64,000 bases of DNA. It comes from Salisapilia sapeloensis CBS 127946 (Eukaryota; Protista; Oomycota). The notes below the pieces were generated by a model. The model made no database searches. It was not told the DNA's origin and saw only the letters and a list, made by a program, of their open reading frames with translations. The DNA is taken from assembly GCA_023334545.1 (NCBI GenBank), contig JAADVB010000068.1, positions 13,468 to 77,467 of the forward strand, read 5' to 3'. Of this stretch, positions 44,125 to 55,171 are shown piece after piece. Within the stretch, counting starts at the first letter, position 1. Each line of letters begins with the position of its first letter. The position numbers and the translations under genes were made by a program.

Positions 44125-46713
44125 TCTAGTGGATCGACAATTGCCCTCATTGAATGACATGATACGACTTATACAATACTTTTTTCTTTCTTTCTTGGTC
44201 TTTATTTAAGTAAAAGTTATTTTATATTTATTTAGATGATTCTACTAAAAATATACTTTGGATGTCGAATCAGTCGAGCAGCCGCACGCAAGTCGATGGT
44301 TGCCTAGAACTTTCATGTCGATTGTAAGACTCGACCTTGATGATTTTTAGACGTGGCGAGTTCAGTCGAAACAGCTTGTGAAGAGCTCCGACTAGATAAA
44401 GAATTTTTTAGCGACAAAGCTGCAGCGAAAGTGTATAAGAGAAGGCTAGATTAAAATAGCAAATTGTAATAGATTGTATTCTTTTCGTGGTATATGCTTC
44501 TGTGGTATTTATAGATAAAACTTGGTGATTATGTCTTAGCGATGGAGCATTAGTGGATGAGTATTCCATTAAACGATAGACGGATTAGAAAGTTGTCCTG
44601 AACGATTGCTTCTACGTGTTCAGCTGGACGGACGATTGTCGACAGCGAAAAGATAATCCGCAAAAGTCACTGTCTTCAGTTTTGATTGAAAAATTTGACG
44701 TAGAAACTTTGTATTTCCATGTAGTTGCATGTACTGCGTGCTTTGGTTTTATGATACAATGAAAGCAACGTTATATTTTTGCTCCATATGAACCTCTACA
44801 ATGGTATTTATGTTTGGAATATGTGTATCAACGTACCCGCAATGTGCTTCAATTGAGAATGTGGGGATATCTTGTGCTATGCTTTCATCTCTTCCTGGTC
44901 CATCGCTCTCTTCGTTTACGTGCAAGTCTGCTCACCTGTATGTACGTGCACGAGAGAACCAATGGCATCCTCGCCTCTTACTTTTAAAAAGCTCACCTGC
45001 CCAATTCATCGATCGGTTCCGAGACAATTATAAACTCAAGACTAGGGTCATTGATCCTTCCAGTCATCTTCTTAGGCCAAAGTATCAACTTGCAGTTCGA
45101 GGATCCTCGGATTAGCATCTCGCTTCTTTTAAAAGATAATTTGCAATCAAGAAGATGCTTTGGGTATTTTAATTCAAAAATAAATTGAGTATAAAGTTGG
45201 CGATAAAAATAGAAGCGCTGCCGTCTCTTTAATATCTTCTGCTGACATGAACATCCTTCAAAAGCTAGCGAAGCGTATGGTCAGGATAGAGAGGTCGAGT
45301 CGTGTGGAAACACAGCGTCTTCTAGATTTATCGCATGCATTCTTTCTCGATCCGACGTGGAGACTCGCGCAATCCAATCTATCCAGAAAGCACAGTGAAA
45401 AGGGTGCAAGCCAAAGGATTCTTTAAACGAGGCCAATCCGTGTCCAGTGTAGGGCACAGCAATCTCAACGTAGCCTTTTTGGTAAAGGTTTCTCTGTCCT
45501 ATAGGCTTGCTCGAAATGCATATATCATGTCTGTTCAGTAGAGACAGTTACTTGTTCCTGCCAAGAGTCGCTGGAACGATCCCTAGCAGACCATTACTTG
45601 ACACGCGACGACTCGGACATTCTCGTCATTTAACATTCATCAATAGTGATACAAGCATTCCTTTTCTCGGTCATGATTCTGGTCCGTGGAATACCATGGT
45701 CAAAATCAAGACGAGATGCCTTTTGCCTGTCGCCGTCAGTCAAGTTACTGCTTTGAATAGGACAATCAGCTGTTAAGCATCTGCAGGTCAGAGTCACACG
45801 GGTACCCATCTCGCTGCACGCAGCGAGCAAAGATCTTGGGGTTACATATCCGACAAAGTCTCTGCATGCATGTGCGTTTTCAAATAAAACTCTATGTATA
45901 ATAGCATACCGATACTCGATAAGAAGCATTCTCTTCACCAAGTTTCCAGTCAATTAATAAATAGACACATCCTGTTGCCCTGATATACAATCTGGCTATA
46001 GAACCTGACCGAGCAAAAGTGAAGGTTCGGGCGAAAACGGGTGTGCATATAACATGCGAAACGTGAAAACCAAGTTCGAGCTTGCTTCGAGACTGTCGCA
46101 CCGAGCTTGGCGCCACTCAAGTCGCGTCAGAATGTACGGTTGGCCATCCACTAGGCATGCGCGAGACAACATAGATATGTGAAAATGCTGATGCAAATAA
46201 AACGCTGCAGGTGCATGCAAATTTAAATACATTCAGAACGGTATGGAAGTTGGATACAATTTGTATATCCCTTCGAGTTTTCTGTCTACCAACCCACCTA
46301 CGTCTCCGATCCACCTCTAGCACATAGACTTTCGCTTACAGGAATGCACAGGAAGATACGATGCTCGTAGAAGCATAATGCGTAGCAGCGGTAGTTCGAC
46401 AAGATGTAATCATGGATTCGTCTCACGAACCTCCCATCTGGACACGGGGGAAGACAAGAATTAAAGCGTGTCTATGCATTCCTCATCACTTCTTCCTTCC
46501 GTTCTACTCGTACAAGAGTCTAACTTGCAAACGCTAGTACCATCTCCATCTCTTCCATCCAAACGTCGTGTTGTCTATTCCATCGAAAAAAAATCGTCTC
46601 GGCCAGCAAGCTCGCTCAATTCGATCTGACTGGCTCCCATCCGGTGCGATCAGAATCCCAGTCGATTACGCAAAGACTTGACTTGTTTGCTCCAAAAAAT
46701 TTATCTACCAAAA

Positions 46714-46722
46714 GCTCATTTC
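46714..46722 (+). promoter_or_regulatory. Inr-like motif GCTCATTTC upstream of the PX-like gene
   Basis: Matches the oomycete Inr core about 50 nt before ATG 46772. Confidence 0.35.
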
Positions 46723-46771
46723 GTAAAAATCACTCGACCCACCAAGCTACCAGATACCGGATACAGTCATC

Positions 46772-47458
46772 ATGCCAGTAGATCAACATGAGTACAACTC
46801 TCCCGATTTGGAAGAAGAAGAGGAACATGGACTCGAACGAGTGAGTTCGATGAAAAAAGTACTTTCATTCATCGGTGGAAACCGCATGTCCGCTCCGCCA
46901 CTTCAGCCGACGCCGGTGGAACCCAATAGGTGGTCCAACGCGACCGTCCCACTCGGATTCCTCACCCGTGTCGACCGCATTCGTGTCCGAGACACAGTCG
47001 TACGCGATAAAGTCACCTACTATACCATGGAAGTGTACCTGTACCACCCGAATTCTCGACTACCGACAAACCAAGTGAACCCCAAGCGACAGCACCGTCG
47101 CCAGTCCTCGGCGTCGGACACCACGGACGAAAATGACGACCGGGAGCCGGATCTAAAAGTCGAGCGTCGTTTCTCGCAATTCGCTCAGCTGCGAGACGAC
47201 ATCTTCCGCCACGCCTCGATCGACACTGTCGCCGGTACATGCAACTACTGCTACAACATCATGTTGTACCTGCGCTTTAAACTCGCCCAGCCACGGACGC
47301 TGGTGAAGATGGCGACGTCCGTGAACCAGCGAAAACGCATTTTGGAAAGTTTTATGAACGACATCATCGATCTGGCACAAGGACGCGTGCGAGACCCGCA
47401 GCGATGTGAAGGCCACGAGCATGTGCCGGCGCTCCTTCAGTCCTTCCTGGAAGACTGA
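46772..47458 (+). CDS. PX (phox homology)-like domain protein, intronless
   Basis: VTYYTMEVY...VERRFSQFAQLRDDI...CNYC...RKRILESFMND...LLQSFL, matching the PX strand/helix pattern. Confidence 0.65.
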   Translation: MPVDQHEYNSPDLEEEEEHGLERVSSMKKVLSFIGGNRMSAPPLQPTPVEPNRWSNATVPLGFLTRVDRIRVRDTVVRDKVTYYTMEVYLYHPNSRLPTNQVNPKRQHRRQSSASDTTDENDDREPDLKVERRFSQFAQLRDDIFRHASIDTVAGTCNYCYNIMLYLRFKLAQPRTLVKMATSVNQRKRILESFMNDIIDLAQGRVRDPQRCEGHEHVPALLQSFLED

Positions 47459-47698
47459 GTTTTGTACACCCTTGAAAGCAAGGCTATTTAAGCGCACACG
47501 ATGCACGAGTGACTGCCGAGGTCGTGTCGAGATGTCGATAACATGCAACAGAGTTAATACATTATCCCCGTTTTCTATTCTACTAGTTCATCTTGCCAAG
47601 TTACCATCATCAGTAGATTTTCAATACTAGAGAAGAGCGTTTCAAGATATATTTGGTCGTAGATCGAGACACACAGCCATTATTTTGCTGGGCACAAG

Positions 47699-49114
47699 AT
47701 GCTTCGGACGTGCCTGACGCTGTGGACGGCGCTATGCTTGCTCCCGACCCACTTGGTCGCCTTGGCAGACACACAAGAGACTTATGAGATAGTTTCCAAG
47801 TATGCTTTATACATGCACGAACGTAGCGCTGGGACGTGTTTTGATAAGATGTGACGTAGATCATTCGAAGGAGACTCGGTCGTCGCCACGGTCCGGACGA
47901 ATGGACTCTTGGCGCTCCTCTATGACCAAACGATCATCGGTCTAGAGTTTGATGACCCGAACGTCCGTGATCAAGCCGCCTTCCCAGCCTTTGGTATCAT
48001 GCAAGCCGTGTCGTTCTTGGACCGACCAAAGGAGCGAGCCATGCAGATCGGTCTAGGCATCGGCACTGTACCAAGTTTCCTTCGCAAGAGGAGGATTCCC
48101 ACAGGTTTCTACCATTTTCAAGAGAGATGTCATTGTAGATACTGAATAAGCTTAGACGCGGTGGAGATCAGTGAAGCTGTCGTGGCGCATGCTGCCGAAA
48201 ACTTCCAGTACGAACGGTGTGAAGAGGAGGATTATCGAGACTGTCCACTGGGCAAAACGTACGTGACGGACGGGTTGGCATTCATCAAAGATCCACCAAG
48301 TGAACCGATCTATGACATCTTTACGATCGACGTGTACACCGGTACGAATGCATCCTACTTGCTTCGCTCTAGTGACTTCTAAACGTACACGAGTAGGCTG
48401 GAACCCATTGGCGTTCTTCGTGAAAGAGATCATGAACATTGTTCATACCAAGTGGCTCAAGCAGAACGGAGTCCTCGTACTCAACTTTGTCGGGTACTAC
48501 AGTGGCCCCCACTCGGTCGTCCCACGGTCCATCTACAAGACGCTCCAGACCGAGTTTCCACACGTCCATGCTCACCGGTACATAACCATCTCCCGATATC
48601 TTATAGATTAAAAACTCAACGACGTCAATAGAGAAATGGAAGAGTATGATCCGGAGGAAGCTGCCAATATCATCTTCTTCGCTTCGGACAAACCCATCAC
48701 ATTCAAAGTACCTACGACCGGTCCATTCGAGAATCCTAGTCCCAGAACTGTCTTTAACGTAAATCTCTTCTCTTGTACTTGTTATAAATCTCTACTAACC
48801 ATTTGCTTGCATAGGCCATGAAAAAGTTCCAAGAGTGGGAGGTACATCCTCCTTTCCACCATTTTCCTATCGTCATCTAATCTCTACCGACATAGATCTT
48901 CCATGAGGTCCAGGTCGAAATCCAACAGAGCGTCGGGGATGAGAACGTTGCATTCGGACAGGAGGACCAGTCCGGCGTCCGAATCCTCACGGAAGCCGAC
49001 AATGGACAGCACGACTTTGCTGCCACCCACGCCTTGACCCAAGAGCACATGCAGACTCGTGTCGTGGATCAATTCCCACAAGCCATGTGGGACGAGTTAC
49101 GAGCAAAAGCGTAG
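47699..49114 (+). CDS. Class I SAM-binding, spermidine-synthase-like protein with N-terminal signal peptide; 7 exons
   Basis: Six GT-AG introns. MLRTCLTLWTALCLLPTHLVALA-DTQ, AMQIGLGIG (motif I), DAVEIS, DGLAFI, YDIFTIDVY, LKQNGVLVLN, NIIFFAS. Confidence 0.8.
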
Positions 49115-49157
49115 CGGATGCGAAAAGAAGAAAAAAAATACATTGCTTTCCTAGCGC

Positions 49158-52100
49158 CTACATGACACGTCGTCTCTTACTTCCTTGCTCCGAGTACTGT
49201 TGCATCATATTCGCCAGCACATTCGTTTCAAAGTCCGGAAGGATAAAGAAGCGACTGAGATCCTGATACTCTCGCCATAACGCTTCCACTTCCTGCATCT
49301 GATGACTATTATCTCGTGGCAAAGCATTCACTTGTTCCAGCCACGCACGTGCCTTCTCGACATGTCCTTCGATCGTCTGCCGAACATCATCATAGTCTCG
49401 TCGTGGAAAAGAAAAGTTCGGCTGATGCGTATCTTGCAGCAGCAACACCAAGTGCGTATATCTCGGTAGAGATTTCGTATCAAAGACCAGTCGACATGCA
49501 CGAAGACACCAATGGAGCGCAGCTAGCGATCCCATCGCACCATCAAGACTGACCTCGAGATCCGTCACTTGGAGCATGAGTTCCATCAGCCGTGCTTCTT
49601 CCGCATGACAATCAATCCTAGAAAACGCCGCAGGAACAATATACGAAGTGAACTCGCGCACATACTCCTTCACGCACTCCTCCACCTGCTTGACCTTATC
49701 CATGTACCTAACCAGCTCCACTCCCCCCACGGGCACCGCCACGAGACTCGACTCGAGTTTACTCATCAGACGCTCGACTTTACTGACCGAAGGCTGCTTC
49801 CCAAGACACTCCTGTCGCACCTCTCGCTTATCCATATAGTAGAGGTTCTGTCGAATGACACATCGAGCGCATCGATACACGTCCAAGTGGTCCATATCCG
49901 CTCCGTTCATCCCAATGCAACTGGCGTGATACCACTCGTCACAGCAATCGCAACATACCATCGGAGCACGCTCTTCTCCTCTGCACAAACAAAAGAGCGA
50001 CGGCGTAGTTTCATGTCCTTTCATGCGTACGACCGGCAGTCTCGAAGGCGGTGGCTGGCATCGGAAACAGACACCAGGAGTCGACTGCACGACGCGACTT
50101 CCAGATCGATGGAACATTTGCTGTTCGACGCATTGCGGGTGGAAGAGGAGCGAGCAGCGAGAGCAGCGACCCATAGGGACACGAGACGACGGCAGTTGCT
50201 CACAGATGCACTGGAGACGATGGACTGGATCGATGCTACGTCGAGGGAACGTATGGAACTTGTGGGTAACGTCGCGGAAGAACTCTTGGACGCTACCTTC
50301 CGATCGTAAGAAGAGACTCGACAGCTCCTGCGTCCATCGACGACAGTCTTCCAGTCGTGCGCCTAGCTGCCGCTTCAGCAGAGACGACGACTGGACGTAG
50401 CATGCATCCGCGTCGTGGTAAAAGCTCTCGGCCTGATCAAGAGAAGGTTTCGTCCGTCCAGTAGCTTGTAACAGCTCTTCCGCACGTTCTTCCCACTCCC
50501 TTCTCTTACGCAGTACTCTTGCTACCTTGTCTGCTTCTTGCACGCGAATCGGGAGACTGTCTAGCGTATCCTGAAGCATCTCTAACTCCTCCGTGCTCTT
50601 GCATGTATCCGACGTAGTATACACACCCTCTGCCTGCTTCCTCGTACGCTCTAACAGTGTCTCGAGCTCCTTGACAGCAGATAGCTTCTGCGTGTCGGAC
50701 GTTTGGAGCTCATGTGCCTTGGACAATACGTCGAGACACTCTTGCTCCGAGACATTGAGGCTGCTTTCTATAGACGAGAGGAGAGACCTAGCTGACAAAA
50801 GGACTTCTAGTACCGTTTTACCATGCTTTAAACTATCCTGGAGACAAGAAGGAAGAGAGACGTTCATCTGCGTCATATCCTTATCCAGGTGGACGACATC
50901 TCGAATCAAATCCTCCATCTGCGTTAGATCCTGCCCCGTGTCAGTGTGGACGATGCTAGAGATACTAGCGACGAGGTCCTCTGCTGTCCTCTTATGAGTC
51001 TGCAACTGATGTACCAACGTATCTAGTTCATCCGACGGTGACGGATGGACGCTCAACTTCTTCTTATCCTCCAGAATCTTCATCAACTCTTCACTCTTGA
51101 CAGGAGGAGACCGATGCGCACTACGCGTACCGTACGCATGGCAGCGTCGAAGCAGCACTTTGACGTCTTCACTCCACCTATCAGCACTCTGCAGCAGCTC
51201 TGACAATCGATCAAGCTTACTCTGCACGACGCCACCTGCCTCCATACCTTTATGATACAAGTGCTTCACGTCCTGTGCATCTACTTTCGATGTGGAAGCA
51301 GTCTCCATTAGCGTATGGAACTCTGTCTCCCACTCTTGGATCTTACGTAACCTCTGCTCTACACCTGCTACAAGCTTTTCTAAGAACGATCCATCGTAGC
51401 GATACAAGTAGACATAATGCTCGTCCATATCACAATTGCACATGTCGACAAAGTGGTCCATACACCCGACAGAGCTATGATGACGACACTTGGTGCACAC
51501 GACGGCTTGGAGGTAGCAGTACTGCTTACACCTGACACAGCGCAGTCCAGACGTCTTCCCAGATCGTCCAGCCCATACCTCCATCCTCGACGGTCGAGCA
51601 CTCGGTTTCTTCCCACTCGTCCCTCTCCTCACGGCACTACGTCTCGAAGTCGACGCATCTGCACCCAACGAAAACGTACCATTGGCAAACGTCTTCATAC
51701 TCGCCTTTCGCACCTCCATCTTGTCGACATACGCTTCAAACGTCTTATAGTCATGCACGAGTGTCTCGAGTGCTGGTACGAGGTACTTTTGCACCATCTC
51801 ACCATCAAACGTATGCTTCTGCCCGACTGCTTGAGCTAACGACAGGAGCAAAGCGTCGTGACTGAACACCGGGAGCTTGCGAAACGCCTTGTACTTTTCC
51901 AAAGACTTGGCACCAACTGGTAGCCAGTCCATCGTCGCAAAGTTCACGGCTTCTGCGCAATTGAAGCCAGCGTTAAAGCCACCATGGTAGGCACTAGGGA
52001 AGGTCACGATGAACTCATTCGGATTATGCGTCGCTCTATACACTGGAACGCCATGCTGTCGAAGGATATGTGGAGAGAACATGGTCACGAGCTGCATGTG

Positions 52101-54180
52101 CAGATCTGGCTGTGCGCCAAAGAGTTCCGGCGCGATTTTCTTCATCACCGCTTCAAAGCGCTCAGCCTCGGCACATGGGACGCCATACCAGACCTTTGGC
52201 GCACCACAATGGACGTACGAGATGCTGTAGAAATTATGATCTTCGACGTGCCAACAGAACGTACTAAAGCACATGCCCATGTACACCCATGGGACCATGA
52301 CACCTTTAATGTCTTCGTTCAAGTGCTGTAGCATACTCCCTTCTAGCTTCGGAAGATTGTTCAGATTCCAATCGCTCGAAGCATACCTCGTGACGACTTG
52401 CTCTGCCGATTCATTCGTCTCTAGACCATGGCAAAAGACATCGTCTTGAGCATACCCAGCCTTGGTCTGTCCCATGAGCTGCTTCTGTCGACGATTGACA
52501 GCTCTCGTCGCTCGTCCGAGTAAATCTTTTCGTGGAAATCCACTTCCATTTGCACCGGAATCAATGTCACTACCATACTCGACCTCGAGCTTTTGTTCAT
52601 GCAAAGGAGTCGCAAGGACTTTCCAATACTCTTGCTCTAGTTCTTGGATACTTAGATGCTGTATCTGTTCATCAGATAAATGATTAAAGTAGTCTCGTTT
52701 CCATGCATCTGCCTTTTGTCGAAACGTATTGACACTTTGCTCCGCGCCAATCTCAAAGCCAAACGTCGGTTCGAACTCATCTTTATGCTCGGCATCGTCC
52801 TGGACACAATCAGAGCAGTACCAATCTCCCGTCGGCACAACTTCTAACTTCTCGTCAAGACAAAAGAGATGGAAACCACCATTGCAACTATCACATAGCA
52901 ACATCTTGTCGGAACAATCGCCTCGAAGACATGCTTGACAGATCTCTGACTTGTACGCAAGCTCCGCAGCTTCATGATTCCATCCGTTCGCGACGAGAAT
53001 CTCCAACGTCCCCATCTTCATATCTGTTTTCGAGCCACTTGAAGCATATTGGACCCACGCATGAGGTTTCTTACCACCGAACACACGCGTGACTTTTGCT
53101 AAGACAGCTCCTCGCTCCGGAGAGAACTGGTAGAACTGCTGTCCGACACGAATGGCAGGGTGTGATAGACGATATCGACGCTTTGGGTCTGGTTGTAAGG
53201 ACTCTGGGTCAAGTGGAAGCTCCTCGGAAGGCTGGAAGAGTGTCCTTTGGACAGAATCACCTAATTCCGACGTGATGGAGTGGCTACTGTCGGTACGTGT
53301 CTTGATCACAGGCGTAGAAGTTGATCCGCTGCTCTTAACAGTCGTGCTACTAGCTGGTGTCTTCTCCACGTCCTCGTCCTTGATATCAGAAATGGATTTA
53401 TCCTGACGCTCATATGGGAGGAGACAAGTCTTATAATGTCGCTCGTACTCTTCTCCTAATTCCTCCATCGAGTCTCTCGTGCGAGTGGAGAATGGAGACA
53501 GGGTTTCGACACTAGCTGCGACTTGTCCCCACTGGTTCTTATCACAAACAGAGGCGTATCCGCCCATCTGGATCACAGTCTTGTAGAGTGCGTGGAGGTT
53601 GAGAGGATGATCGTCGACACGAGGTAGATCTTGCATCGGCGTCTTGTTACGATAGAGGAAGAGTCTCAAGGACTCTACGAACTGACTTTCAGCGCGTGCG
53701 AGGCCTTCGAGACAGTTGAGCTGCTGGAGACGAGTACGGAATTTAAAACTCTTTTCGTTAATAGCAAAAGGAGGACGCCATCCTGCTGGTGGTACGATCT
53801 TGACGATCCCAGACTTTTCCCCAATGTGCCGAATACTAGAGACAGAGAGGCGTTAGAGGTCAATTACAAAAGTTGGATAGATGGCTGTCGCCGTGTCGCG
53901 ACGTCGTACAGCTAAATGACATTTCGATCACTTTAGCAACGTACAAGCGTCCTAAGACGAGATCGATACTAGATAGTCGTTTATGTATCCTCTAGTATCC
54001 ATAACGATCGCAACAAGGGACGCTCGAGCTCGACGAACGCGACGGCGTGGTCGTGTGATAAATTACGCACCTCGAGATAAATTGCAGCGGATTGGAAAAC
54101 TCTTTTGCTGATGGACGGAAGATGGGGCAGGGCGGACAAATGTACCCGTCGTCGGGTGGAGCGTTCGGGTCCCAGTCCAT
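49158..54180 (-). CDS. KDM5: KDM5/JARID1-type histone demethylase (JmjN-ARID-PHD-JmjC-C5HC2-PLU1-PHD-PHD); 2 exons
   Basis: JmjN [36 protein letters not shown] across a 235-nt intron (53836-54070); ARID LNLHALYKTVIQMGG; PHD CQAC..CDSC..H.FC..WYC; JmjC WHVEDH and AYHGGFN. Confidence 0.93.
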
Positions 54181-54504
54181 AGTCGGTCACTTGATCTCGA
54201 GAACACGCGTACAGGTCGGCGGCGAGAAGGACAGAATATTTTTGAAGATAAATTGCGTTTTTATTTGAGCACGGCATTGTCCACCGTTGACAGCATACAA
54301 ATTCCTAGTGTCTCGTACAAGATAACATGCAGGAGACGGTGCGCTCGCCTGCCGACAGCGACTTGTAGACGGGTGTACGGAGCAAGAGGAAGATTAGGAA
54401 GGCTATGTGGGATGCAAGTACGAACGTGACACGACGACAGTCAAAAGGATACGCTTGTTGAATGGTTTAAAGAACATGGACGGATTCGCCGGCTAGGTCG
54501 GACA

Positions 54505-54524
54505 GTAAATTACTCGTAATTTAC
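54505..54524. promoter_or_regulatory. Perfect 9-bp inverted repeat in the KDM5/USP7 divergent intergenic region
   Basis: gtaaattac-tc-gtaatttac. Function unknown. Confidence 0.25.
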
Positions 54525-55171
54525 GGTCGAATGCGGCTAGTACGAGCGAGAGTACATTTGATCCGAGTATACCAGCCCTCGTGATCTTATCTTTACGCCT
54601 AGCCGTGTCTTGATTGTGCGTTACTTTCACTTCAACTCAGCTTCGTCCTTTGTATTGCAAGTAGATATCTTATCAGTCTCTTCATGTTATCTGTACATGT
54701 CTACATGTTTTCATCCATCCCTCTGCCATACACGCTCTACCCACTATCGTTTCCACTTGCCATTTCTCCGACACATCCGCATCTACGACAAGTATAAAGA
54801 TAGAAACATACTCCTTCAACACGCCAACTAAGACAACCCAGGTCATTCCATGTCCTCTCCACCACTTCCTCTCGTCACGATTGACTGATAAATGCCCTAC
54901 ATGTACCTATCAAGTATAACTAGCAAAGTAGAGACTCGCCTTCCTCCTTGCATCTCATATCGTCTATTGATTGGCTAAAAAGAAGATTCCAAACGAAAGA
55001 AAAAGAAAGAAAAAAGAGAGCACCGGTGGAGCGCAGTGACGACGTCCATCGAGCTCGATCTACCGTCGACACCACCCTTTACGCCACTCGCTTTCACCTA
55101 CATCTAGTCCAGATCGACATCCTCTAGCAAATCCCACTTTTCCTATCAAACGACCTTGTAAACCATTTATC

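Noticed and set aside
3096-45430. Non-standard genetic code or stop readthrough to explain in-frame stops in intergenic frames
   Set aside because: Conserved genes end at TAA (eIF6, CDK), TAG (CEP162, KDM5) and TGA (USP7, NPRL3) where expected, and their coding exons contain no internal stops.
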